From the NCBI GenBank assembly GCA_002245135.1, contig NGBS01001160.1, forward strand, positions 558,001 through 622,000: a stretch of 64,000 bases of DNA, written 5' to 3'. The position numbers were made by a program, and so were the translations under genes. Of the stretch, positions 27,701-40,672 are shown piece after piece. How positions within the stretch are numbered: position 1 is the stretch's first letter; every line of letters starts with the position of its first letter. This DNA is from Proteromonas lacertae. Taxonomy: Eukaryota. The notes under the pieces were generated by a model. That model was not told the origin of the DNA. It did not search any database and saw nothing but the letters and a program-made list of their open reading frames with translations.

Positions 27701-30700
27701 GAAATGAAGCATATTATTTGAATCCTATTACAATTGATGTACGATCAGATAGTAGTAATTGCCAATATGCATTTGAAAGAATGAGAAAAGAAAATATTCA
27801 CTTTATATTTGGTTTATATCGTTCATGTTTTAAGTATTTAAGTAGTTATCCAGAAATGGTTCTTTTTTATCCTAGAATCGCTACAGGTACAGCATGTCAA
27901 AAGAATGTATTTTTTATTGGGGGATTATATCAGCAACTTTATAAAAAAGTTCCGAGTATTTTACATCATCGAAATATTACATCTATCATATTAATTGGTT
28001 CATTAGAATATGAAATAAATGATTTATTAAGTCGTATGTCAGATTATTTATATCAATTTTTTAAGTCAAACCAAACAATACTAATTCCAGAAGATCATAC
28101 ATTTATGAATGATATATTTAAGTCATTAGAAAATCCTGGAAACGAGATGACTGCATTGATTCTGAGTTTGAATGATGAACATATGGATGAATTTATTAAT
28201 TATTGGGAAGAAAAACCTAATCTACATAATCATTATCTTCCATTATTTTTCAGATTGAATGAAGATTATATTATGAAGAGAAAACCCAGTTTTGATTTTA
28301 GTGTATTTACTTTTTACACATATACATTTGAATCAAAAGAAAATGAGTATTATAAAAATAATTTGAATAATATATATGGTATTAAGTATTCTTCATTAAA
28401 TGGTGAAAGTGGATATAATATAATAAATATTTTTGTACAAATAGTAAAAAAAATAGAATCAATTGATACAGAAAGGATAATCTATCAGGTGTTTAAAGAG
28501 AATTATACATCTCCTGAAGGTTTTTTAGTGTTTTCGTCAGAAGGTTATATAACTAAAAATGTCTATTATGTAGAATATAATCATATAACTCAGACACTTT
28601 CACTAGCCTATTCTGCTAATAGTGTTTTTCCTGAACCAAGAGTAGTAGCTGATAGAAGTAAAGGGTTTATAAAAGGATCTTTTTGTAATGGTGTAACAGG
28701 TGAAATATATACTATACCATATTATGAAGTTATGTTGTATTTAGGTAGTAACGAAACTGAATTGTATTTGCTGAAACAATTTGTCGCATTATATGGATTA
28801 TTTGATGATATAGTTTATCATTATGCTCTGAATTTTGTATATAATAATTATACAATTGATATATCTGGAATATTGTTTAGTTATTCACAAAATGTTTATT
28901 CAATTCTCTCTAGTGCATTAAAAAGAGATTCATTTATTGGGTTATTTATAGCCTATTATGATGAAGTGATTGAGAAATTAAATGATGAAATAGAGAAAAG
29001 TGAAAAATTGTTATTCTTCATTTCACCAAATGAACCAGGTTATTGTGATAAGCGAGTATTATCTTTTGATGGAATAGACAAAATTCTATTAGAACATACT
29101 ATTGAGATGATATCTATTCAGAAATCAGGAATGCTAAATGATTTCTTAATAATCTATCAAAATTCAACAAGAGATGTAAGGAGATTGGGTTATTTGATTG
29201 ATGCAATTGTAGATAAATTTCATTTTGTGCCAAAATATGTATTAAGTGCTGACGAAATAAAGAATGGAACTATCTATGATTTTAGATCATTGAAAGAATG
29301 TTTGATATTAACTCGAAATGGAATAGAAGAAATTTTAAATAGTTTAACTGATTTTGTTGATATAGAAGATTTTAGTGTTGTTGTATTCTTCTATAGAGAT
29401 AATATGATTAATCCTTTTAATTATAAAGTGGTAGCATATGTCACAACATTTAGTGAAGATGATATAATAAAAAGATCAGAAGCAATTTCAAAATTAGAAG
29501 ATGATTTCAAAGTGTATGAATTGAATTTTGATTATTATTATGGTGGATATGAAAATGTAGCTTGCTTGGCATATGCTTTTTCATTATTTACATTAGCTGT
29601 TTATAAATCAGTTATTGAAAAGAGAGTTACATCTGCTAATATGCATCAACATTTACTTTCATTTAAAGAAAATGTCAATGGAGATTATTTCATTGGTGCA
29701 AATAATTATGCATTAATGAATTATTATTTAGTAATAATCAAGCATGATACAAAAGAAACAGTTGCATTTTCTAATTATTTATATCAGAATCCATATGAGA
29801 CTGATTTTATTTATTGCGATTGGAGAGAAGAGAAAGTGCAAAAAGGTACATATGATCATATTATTAATGTTGCTATAATATATACAAGCACTCAAAAGAG
29901 TGTAATATTTGATCCTCAAGCTTTACCAGTGTTTATTTATGAAGTAGATTATAGTAATTCTAATTTTCTGTTGGGAAATTATTATTTTAAACCAATTGCT
30001 AGACCAATAGATTATAATCAAAACTGTGGAGCTATTGTTAAGGATTTAATTGAAAATTACGATGTTCATTATATATTTGGAGGATTGTTTGCTGAATGTC
30101 GTGATTCTGTTCATATGTTGTTAAAAGATAATCAAGTTGATTTTCTATTTTTCTTTAATGGAGAAGTAGATAGAATGATATGTGATAAACATATAATCAA
30201 TTTAGGTCCAACTTCAGTTCAAATAACAGATATTCTAATAAAAGAAACAGGGTTAAGTCATAAAGGTTATATAATCATATACAGTACAAAATCACTTTAT
30301 TCATATGCATTACAGAATCTAACATCATTTACACTTTATACATTTGGATTTGATGTATATTCATTTAATGAATCTCAGTGGACTAATTTATCAAATATTC
30401 TAAGTATTGATGATATTGATAATTTGGTTGATGATTATGTAGTTATTAATGAGTTAAATAGAATAGATGATATAATCCAGTTCTTTAGAGTTGTTAAACA
30501 AAACAGAAGGTTTTTTAGAGAATTAGATTTTGTCCATTTATCAATAGATGATAATTCTTTGTATCAACTTAAATCAATAAATAAGTTAGATTTAAAGAAA
30601 TATTTACCCAATCATTCCTACTTTATTACCAACTTTTTTGCAGATTTATTTAGACTTACAAATGATTTTACACGATTTGATGTTAAATTTGATAAACATA

Positions 30701-33293
30701 TGTTATTATTGCTTCAAAACCATTTAGGAGTTACTTATTTTCTTACAGCATTATCAAGTCAAACTTATTTAGCATTTGAAATGTTTTTAAATATGTTGAG
30801 ATATACTCATACAAGTAACGTGAATGAAATTCGATTATCGTTATATCAAAGAGGGTTTTTAGGTCCAGCTGGTGCTGTTGTTTTACAATATAACAATTAT
30901 TTAGCAATGAGAATGTATTTTGGTGAATATGATTGGAATGAAGAAAAGATTGTAGTTCAACAATCCCCAAATGATTTTATTTTACCTCATAATTTCTTTA
31001 ATCCGTTGAACAGATGTGATTGTTCAAAAGATATTTCTAATGATGTTTCATCAACGTATTATCATCTGATAATGATATTTGAGCATTGGAATGTTACACC
31101 ATATGTTACAGTAGCTTTAACCTTTTTTAACGTCATTACCAATTACAATATAGATGAAAATAGTGGCGCTGGAGTGAATGGAAGAATAATTGTTCCACAT
31201 TTATATTTCACAAGGCATAACCAACCAGCAACTTCATTTATGGAAATGGTTTATTCAAGGAATGTAATAGCAGTGTTTGGTTGTTATACTGTTAGATGTG
31301 GATCAAGAGTTGGTGATATAACTGATGCATATCATATACCATTCTTTTATTTTGGTCCATATTGTGCTACTTATTCACCTTATACATTTTTTATATCACC
31401 AAATTTAGATACAGTTGTTAAAGCGACAGTTTTATATTTAGAAAAATTGAGAGTAGTTGATATGATTATAATAGATGGTGATTATAGTTTTGTTAATTAT
31501 ACTACTAATTATGAAGAAGAAGTGATTGTAAATGGTACTTCAACAACTAGATCAACTAATAAATTCTTATTGAAGTTAATAGAAAATTATACAACACAAT
31601 TCAATAGTACACTTAATATACTTGATTATTATTCAGTTTCTGACGATTCTCAATTAAAAGGAATATTTCAAAGTTGTGCTAATTTATCTACACCAACTGT
31701 AGTGTTTGTGTTAATAAATGGTCCAATTGTAAATAGTCTACTAAAAGAGTATGAAGAAATAAAAAATGTAAATCCATCGCTTATACTGTTGTTTTTGTAT
31801 TACAATTATTATACAATAGAAGAGAAATATAAGTATTTGCTTCAAGGTCATTTAGCAATAACTTCTTATGTAATGACTTCTTCAAATATAGATTCAATGA
31901 CATTTTATTTAAAAACTGAGAATAATTATGGTAGTCCAATAGTTATAACAGATGGAATTGTGGATGTTGAGATTAGTTTAGATTTTGTTACAACTACAAT
32001 TCAGATACTACTATCTAATATATTATATAATGCACAATTGTCATCTCTTTCAGGTAATAATAAAGATGGTAAGTATCTAGGAGATTATATGAAAATGGAA
32101 TCATATTATGTGAATGTAACTTCACCATTAGGAGTTGTATCTATAACACATGGAAATCAACTTCGTGCTTCTGTAAGTATGAGTGAATTGAGTGATACTG
32201 GCTATTTAAAAGTATTGAATGCTTATGACACTTCAGAAAACATTCAGGAAGATTATTATTATGGACCAGATAAAAAATACTTGGAAATTGATAAATCAAC
32301 AAGAATTATAATAAATTGTCTATTTGTTATGCAAATAATATTGCTAATAGTATCAGGATATGGTGTTTATTATTTTTCAAAGATAAAGCCATCCAAAATA
32401 ATAAAGAATTATGGAACAAATTATTTTTATCTATTATTATTTTGCAATGCGTTAATGGCTCTTCTTTCAGTGTTGAGTGTTTTGAATCATACTAAAACAA
32501 ATTGTTATGTAAGGGTTGATAGTTTGATAATAGTTTATTCATTTACTTATGCCTTAATACTCTTCAAATATATAGATATAAAAAGAATTGCTCATAATAA
32601 ATTCATTAGTAGAGTAAGAATTACTTGGTGGGGTTATATTGTAAATTCATTAATGCTTGAAGTGATAATTGTAGTATTTATTATAATATGGAATGTAGTA
32701 GAAGACTTTGGAATAATGTATATTTACTCAGAATTAGATAGTACATTGTTTGAATATGTATATATAAAGAAATGCGATTATTATGGAGTTGGATTTGGAT
32801 TGATGTTATCAGTAATTATACTTATATCATTAGTGGATATAAGGATAAGTTGGGATTTGAGGTTTTTAAGTGATTATTATCTATTTACATCTGTCTTAGT
32901 TTCAATAATATTATTAATTGTTATAAGTGTTTTATTGATTATGGTAATATCACTATCAGAGAAGATGTATTCTTTAGACTATATACTATGGAGTTATATG
33001 CTATTTGTAATGGCCTTTTCATTTTGGTTATCCATATTTGTTCGTATATATTCCATATTATTGTTATTTATTATTTTTTTTAAATAGAATTATTCTACTG
33101 GATTTATTATCATATTGAAACAAAATCTGATAGTAGAAGAATACTTGAATATCTTTTTTTTAAATATATGTTATATATATTTCCTAATAGTTTCTTTAAT
33201 TGATATAATAATATTCCTTTAACAGAAGAAGTGATGATTGACAGTTTAGCATCAATAGAAAGTTCTAAGACTGATGTGAATGACACACCATAG
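21738..33293 (+). CDS. Giant class C GPCR-like receptor: signal peptide, nine tandem periplasmic-binding (UrtA/AmiC-like Venus flytrap) domains, 7TM
   Basis: Signal peptide MLIVLFFSLLFFHFILC; repeats such as HFIFGLYRSC..VLFYPRIATGTACQKNVFFIGG, YIFGGLFAECR..GPAGAVVLQYNNY and GVNGRII..VIAVFGCYT; seven hydrophobic helices at about 32300-33045 with class C-like KIIK.., C..R..SFTYALILFK and ISWDLR. ORFs join through short GT-AG introns; last exon uncertain. Confidence 0.8.
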
Positions 33294-33429
33294 ATAGAAT
33301 ATTATGTTTGTTATATGTTTAAATAAATAAATGAATAAAGTTGTTTAAATGTAAATATTTTTAAAACTGTATTTTTGACATGTAAATTACATCAATTAAA
33401 AATCACTTATTATCTCACATCATATAAAT

Positions 33430-35164
33430 ATGAGTGTAGTTATAGGTATTGGAGTGTCGTTCTTTGGTACACTTTGCTCAGCTAGTGGATACACATTCCA
33501 AAAATACTGTCACAATAAATTAGCAAAGTTACCAGAAGCTTTAAGAGTAAAATAAATACTAATTAATCGGTTATTGGATTAGAAAAACTATTATGAAGAA
33601 AGAAAATGGCAAATAGGTTTGTTTTTGATGATTGTTGGTGCTATCTCATCAACTGTTTGTTATGGTTTAGCTCCTCAATCTGCATTATCACCAATGGGAG
33701 CTATAACGATGGTTGATAATGCGATATTAGCGCATATATTTCTAAAAGAAAAAATCGATCTATCAGCTGGAATATCAACAGCATTTGTATATTTATTACA
33801 ACAAAATATTTAATTATTGCTTATAGATGTTAGCAGGAGTAATTATATCAGTTAGTTCAGGAGATATGGATAGTGATAGTTTAAATCTAGTAGAAATGAT
33901 AGATAGCTTCACAAGTGTAAGAGCAATAGTCTATACAGTAATATTATTAACTATATTATTAATGATGGGTTTATATATGGTATATATAATCTATTATGTT
34001 GGTTTTAATCACATGAAACCAATTCACTATAATATTTCTCTGTTCTGTTTTCCCATATTTGCTGGTTTTATGGGCGGTTATACAGGATTATGTACAAAAG
34101 CCGTAGTTGGTGTAATTGTTGCAGATGATTTAGGAAGTTCAATATTTCGAATTGAACCATATATTTTTGGATTAGGAGCAATATTATGTATTTCAACACA
34201 AGTACGATATACATTTGTTATTAGTATATCTATAATGCATTAGTTGGCTGTATTTAATGGTGGTTTAAAACGTTACGATTCTTTACAAATAGTTCCAATT
34301 TATCAATCTTGTTTAGTTATCAGTGGTAGTTTGAGTGGTGGTTTTTATTATAATGAGATGAAAGATTTTACATTACTACAATGGGTGTTATTTCCATTTG
34401 GTTGCTTTTTAACAGTTGTTGGAATTATTATATTAATTACAAGGAAAAGAACACTTGCACAAACACACGTATAATAATAATAATAATAATTATTATTATT
34501 ATTATATAAAATAGACTGATAATAGTAATATAAGTACAGATGGTGAAAGATTATATCATTTTTTACTTTTTTTACTTTTTTTTTCTTAACATATATTTCT
34601 ACTGGAAGAAGAAAGAATTTAGATATAATCAGATTTTATAATCAGTTAGAGTTTGATTTAATAGAATGGAAGAAATCATATCAATATCAACAACAACATC
34701 AAGAATCAATAAATGGTATAAATATGGATGATAGCTATGTGACTGAAGAAGATTATATTCGGATAAGTAATATGGTTCGTAAAAGAAAAATGAATTCATT
34801 GTGTTATAGTGAGAGCAATGATATTCCACATAATTCTCAGCCTAATCCAATACAATATGAAAATAAAGAAGAGAAAAGAAATAGAAGAAGAAGGAATAGA
34901 AGAAATAACGATAATCACAATGAAGATGATAATGATGATAATAGTTTTACAATTAGAAGTGAAGGATGTAGAAATGCAAGTTATAAACCATGTAGTTACT
35001 CATTGTGTGCAATGCCAGTTGATTATATTGATATGTTCAAATATTTGTTCCATTCAGAGTATAATTTAGTAAGTAATCCTGGTGAGGAAAGTAGGAATAT
35101 TGAAAAGGAAGAGGTTGATAAAAGTGGAGATGTAGAATACCCAATAACAGAAGAAAGTGAATAA
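33430..35164 (+). CDS. NIPA-family (DMT superfamily) putative Mg2+ transporter
   Basis: SASGYTFQK, WQIGLFL, YGLAPQSALSPMGA, FLKEK, NGGLKRYDSLQIVPIYQ, GGFYYNE; C-tail joined via an AT-AC intron. Confidence 0.85.
34553..34602 (+). other. U12-type AT-AC intron (50 nt) in the NIPA gene
   Basis: 5' ATATCATTT, branch TTTTCTTAAC 12 nt before AC; removal gives DGERF|GRRKNL.. in frame with ORF 34724; the unspliced frame hits TAA. Confidence 0.8.
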
Positions 35165-35499
35165 GTTAATTAAATATTAACACATGTTGTTTTGTGTTGT
35201 TTTATATATCTCTATTTACTATTACTTTTTATGTGCAAATAAGAAACGCAGATAGTAAAATAACACTACTCACGATTAAAGAAAAAAAAGAAATAAACAT
35301 CCATCAGATTTTTTTTTATCTATAAATGCAAGTTTATCACATGCAAAGCATAACCACATTTAACAACTTCTTGAAGTGATTAATTATCTTGAAATAATGT
35401 ATAACTGATTTTTCAACTAACGAATCAAATTAGTTTTAAATCATTTTTTCTATTTTTTGTCATCTAATCGATTGAATTTACCCAAAATATAGAGTATAA

Positions 35500-36841
35500 A
35501 TGCCACACAGAATACAACCTGAAAAAAGGGTTGATAGAAATGAGCTTGATAGTCAATCCTATCAGATTGCCACATATTTCACAAGTATGTCATATTTATA
35601 TAATTATTAGTGAGTAATTATGAAATAATAAGGCTAAGGACAACATATAATTATTTTATTGGGTATGTTTAGATTCGTTATTGTATTCTAGACAATCTGT
35701 AAATGATCCTACCCCCTTATCGATAGTAAAATATTGCTCTTTCACAAAGTTGCCCATATTAGTCCATATAAGTGAATTACGTGGTATTTTTACAAATTTA
35801 TGTTATTAATAGAGAATGTACCGTATAGTTGGAATTCATTTTTCCAGTTTATTACATTTACAGCACTTGCTCCTACTGTGTGCTCTTTATTTTGTATAAT
35901 TTTACTCATTTCATAATATATTAATAGTTTGCATGTGTATGGTATTAGATATTGGTGATGATAATGCAAATATATCTCTAGATGATATACATAAGTTTTG
36001 TGATTATTTCAATACCGCTGAACTATATGATGAAGCAAATTGTAGAGTAATATTTAATGAAATAGACACCAACAATGATGGTTTCATTTCAATCCAGCAA
36101 TTTTTCACATTTGTATCTAAAACTAATGAATTGTGGATGCCAATATGTGATTTTAGATTATCTCTAATTGATCATTTTTTCCCACATGATTTAGCTGTAA
36201 ATATATTACAGAGAAGAGCTCATATCCATATAATTAGAGAATATAAAATGACACACAATGGTGCTTATCCTGATTTAACATGTAAAGATCAAATATATGA
36301 AATATTTTTTGGTATTCCAAACAAATATGTATTTGACTATGATCCAAATGAGAATATATCTATATATGATATAACTAGAATGATGATAATGAAATACAAG
36401 AAAGATAAATATCTAGTGAATGATCATAAGATATTATGTTCAAAGAAACAAATTCCAAAAATAATTGATTCACCTAGGATTCAACAGTTAGATAGAATAT
36501 ATACTACTATTGGAGGTAATGCTTTTAAACAGTGTGGTGGTGGTGGTGGTGGTGGTGATAATGAGTCAAGGAATAATAGTCGAACATCAATATTATCGCA
36601 ACAGCAGAAAGGATTAAATAATAGACCACATTCTATATTAAAGCCTACTAGTAGTTATCATCAGCTTCATACTGCTAAATCTACAAAAAAAACAACATCT
36701 TGTGAATGTTTTGATTTCAATGGAAATAAAGCAATTAAAAAGCCATTAAGAAGTTATAAGAGTGCTAATCAGACAGCTGATCATGTTAGTCCCATTTCTC
36801 CAATTTCATGTCTGGAATTACCAGGCTACGTAGCTCAATAG
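35500..36841 (+). CDS. EF-hand family paralog B1
   Basis: MPHRIQP..DRNELDSQSYQIATYF; SWNSFFQFITFTALAP; DTNNDGFISIQQF; HSILKP. Confidence 0.82.
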
Positions 36842-37061
36842 ATGAATTATAGTAATTTAAAATGCATTAGTTACACTGTTAAATATATTTATATCTTATA
36901 CGTATTTATCAATGCTGTGTATTGAGTGTTTTAAGGAAATACACAAATGAAAATGTATTTGTATTTTCTTTATATTTAAATCTATTTTGAAACAGAAACA
37001 ATCAAGTGTTAGAATTCGTTTAGAAAAAATATATAGTCCATCTTTTTCCTAATCATTGTTA

Positions 37062-38774
37062 ATGCCAGAACGGTTAGAGAATGTTAATAATAATAACGAA
37101 CCAAACGGATTTGATAAACAATCTCTGTGCATAGCTAAATACTTCCACTGTATGGTTTTATTTTTTATTCTGTAGTGAATCATTACGATATAAGCATCAT
37201 TAAGTTTCATTATAATCAACTAAAGTATTCATATACATATGATGTTCATATTTATAATATATTTCTTAGATCATCAAATCCTGATGGTGTGAATGAGTTT
37301 GCTGTTTTAAGTGCGTTGTCTATAGAGTTTATTCCATTATTTGACAAATTGTTCATGATTTATCGTATATCTTATTACTCATATTACTTAAACAGCTAAA
37401 GATGGTATGTCATGGAATGATTTCTTTCAGTTCGTAATGTTTTTTTCCTTTGCCCCAGCAATTGCTGTGTATTATTTTCTATTAAACATATTGCCTTATT
37501 CTAAAGGGAATTCAATAGTATTTCAGCAAATAATTGATATAACAACATTATTAGGAACTTCAGATCAACTTGACTTAGTGTCTGGACAAATTTATAATAA
37601 CTGCGATTGTTCCAATAAAGGTTATATATCATTTAGACATTATTTATCATTTGTTACAAAGTCTTCCAATTTGTGGAAACCATTATATTCATTTAGAATG
37701 GCTGTAATTGAGAAATTCTTTGATAAATCCATTCTCTATTCAATTTTGAATAGAAAGATGGTTATCATGTCAATTAAGAAATATAAACAGTTACATAACG
37801 GTAGTTTTCCTCCAGAACCGTGTTGCCAAAAGATAAAACATATATTAGAGAATAGACCAAGTGATTATCAATTTGATTATGAGTGCTATGAAAGAGATAG
37901 TGAATGTAATTTTACAATTGCAACAGTGAATTATATATTAAGATTTAATAAGAATTTCATTCGAGATTTCTCCGGTTCTTTTTCTAAATATATGAATACA
38001 GTATCTAAAGAATTTAATAATTTATTCTTACATATTGATCAATGTTATTTAAGATTTAATGGTCCTTTAATTAAATCACCCCATCAAAGTAGTATTAATA
38101 ATACAGGAAGTGTTGTTTCTTCACGAATGAGAGCTGGTACTGATAATGACTTATTCAGTTTAAATAATAACAATAATACTCCATTTGGATTAGGCAATAG
38201 TGGAAGAATAAGTCGTACAAGTGGAGTAGTAAATAACAATAACAACAACAATAATAATCTTAACAAAGCAAGCTTTTCTCAAGCTATTTCTAGAAATAGT
38301 TATGTAGCAGAACCAAGAGGTTCTATCTTAAAGAGTCCAGCGAATCATTTAAAAACAAGAGAATCTTCATCGTTGATGGTATCTCCATTTGCTAATTCTG
38401 TTAGACACTTGAAATTACCAGAAAAAAATTCAGGTAATAACATCGATGATAATTCTTTTATTATTATGTCACCATTACATAATTACAATCGTGCTGCTAA
38501 TAGTAACAAAAGAATAAGAACACCACCAATGAGAAGCAATAATAGTGGGACATTAGTGAATTGTAGTACTGGAATATCTGAAGAAGATGAACATAGTGGT
38601 CGTTTGAAAGTTAATAACAGTACTGAAGGTAAAGGGTGTAAAACAAAAATACAGTTGAGTAATTTACAAAGTGACAGTATAGTTGGTAAAACTAAAACTG
38701 TAAATAGTGTAGACAGTATTAAAAAGAATAAAGTAGTTCCATTAGAAGATATTAAAACTCCTAAGACTACGTAA
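37062..38774 (+). CDS. EF-hand family paralog B2
   Basis: MPERLE..NGFDKQSLCIAKYFH; SWNDFFQFVMFFSFAP; degenerate loop DCSNKGYISFRH; GSILKS; long Asn/Ser tail. Confidence 0.82.
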
Positions 38775-39102
38775 ATGTAAATACTAATATTTAAACATAT
38801 AAATTTAATTACTTAGTATTCTTTTAAAATTTTATTGTGTGTACTTATATTCAAATAGCAAAAATACTCAACTTTGTTTCAAATACAACAATTATTCTAT
38901 CTTTTTTCGAAATTAACATGAATCAATTAATTTTATGCTATCATTATCATTTCCGCGTATTATTTCTTTATTTTATTACTATTAGATGAAATATTCAATG
39001 CAACTGAATGTTGTTTTAAAAATATATTCGTTTTAACCATTTTTAATTTCATAATCGACTATATTAGGATACAGTAGGATCAAAGCACTACATTGAAGTC
39101 AT

Positions 39103-40489
39103 ATGGATTCCATCTTACCAGCTGAGTCAATTGTAGATAAAAATAATTTAAATGAACTGTCAATTGATTTATGTAACTATTTTCATCGTATCCAGCCTTT
39201 ATATAATTATATAGTGAATAATAAAGAGATAGATCACCTTCGAAAATGCTTTGAAACACTCTTAGCAGAACAATGTGATACAAAATATTCTCACATTAGA
39301 TATTCTGAGAATGAAGTACATATGCATTTAGTTACGCTTAACATGATACTCCTTCCTATTCCATTTCATGAAGAAATAGTTTCATGTTTTAGTATTTTCG
39401 AATTAATATATTCTGGATAGAAAAGAGTTTATTAGATTGGAACGCTTTCTTCCAGTTAATTGTGTTCTTTTCATTATCTCCATCGATAACCATATATTAT
39501 TGTATGATTATTAATTAGATTATATTTAATATTATTCTATTAGATTTGATTGTTGTTATAGCTCGAGCAGATCCACAATGTATATCATGGAATAATATAC
39601 TGAAATTGACTGTATCTTTAAAAACACAGCAATTTGCAACTGTTGTATATCATGAAACCTTCACCAAACATGATATGTATATTATTATTCATCTATACAT
39701 TATAATATATCTAGAAATAATGATGGATATCTTTCCTTTCATCAATTTTTACTATTCGTCTCAGAAAGTAGAATATTATTTGAACCATTAGAAGTATTTC
39801 GAACTAGGTTAATTGAAACATATTTGTCTATCAATATATGTAATAACATCATTTTCAGGTTAAGTCATTTAAGTGAAATAGAAGAATATACAAATAATCA
39901 TAAAGGTAAATTCCCATCTGATCCATGTACATATAGTATTAAATCAATAGTGTTTAATTTAACACCAAAATATCGATATGATTATTGTATTTCTATGAAT
40001 AAAATGACATATTCAAAGATACTCAAATCTTTTATAGGATTATATGAAATAGACTATCATTCATCAGTTCATAGAGGTGTTGTAAAGATATTAAGGAATT
40101 TGTCAAGAGGAAATTATTTATTAAACAATATTGATGGTGTTTATTTTAAACTGAAACAAGACACAGCGAAATCCACACATGTTGATAGTTCTCTATTACT
40201 TTCATCAACAACATCTGATGATGCTTTGATTAAAAGGTTTTTAAAACAGAACAGTTCTTTACAACCACAAAGGTCCGATACATCATTTTTAAAAGTTCAA
40301 ATATCTCAAACAAGCAGTATATTAAAAAGAAACAAAACAACATTTAGTTCAAGTTTTTGTCATAATAACAATTTAGAGATAAGAGGAGCAATATTAGATG
40401 AGGAGAAGAACTCAGATGGTAAAAACTGTATATCTGTAACTACTAGTGATGTTGAGAAGAAATTATCAAAAACAGATTATTTTGAATAA
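39103..40489 (+). CDS. EF-hand family paralog B3
   Basis: MDSILP..DKNNLNELSIDLCNYFH; DWNAFFQLIVFFSLSP; HDI|NNDGYLSFHQF; SSILKR. Confidence 0.8.
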
Positions 40490-40672
40490 TAGTGATGTAA
40501 TTTATATCAAATATTCAGTATATTACTAGTATTAATTTAATTAATATCATATAATTAAAATATATTCAATTTTATATTGTTTTTTTTTGTTTTTTCTTAT
40601 TGAATAAAAAACTACTCGTTTCACAATTCATAAACGATATATCAAAAAATAGATAGATAGGAAAGTTGGTTT

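Noticed and set aside
21738..33087. Bacterial urea ABC transporter operon or contamination
   Set aside because: The binding-protein-like units are interrupted by spliceosomal introns, fused to a 7TM domain, and match host base composition.
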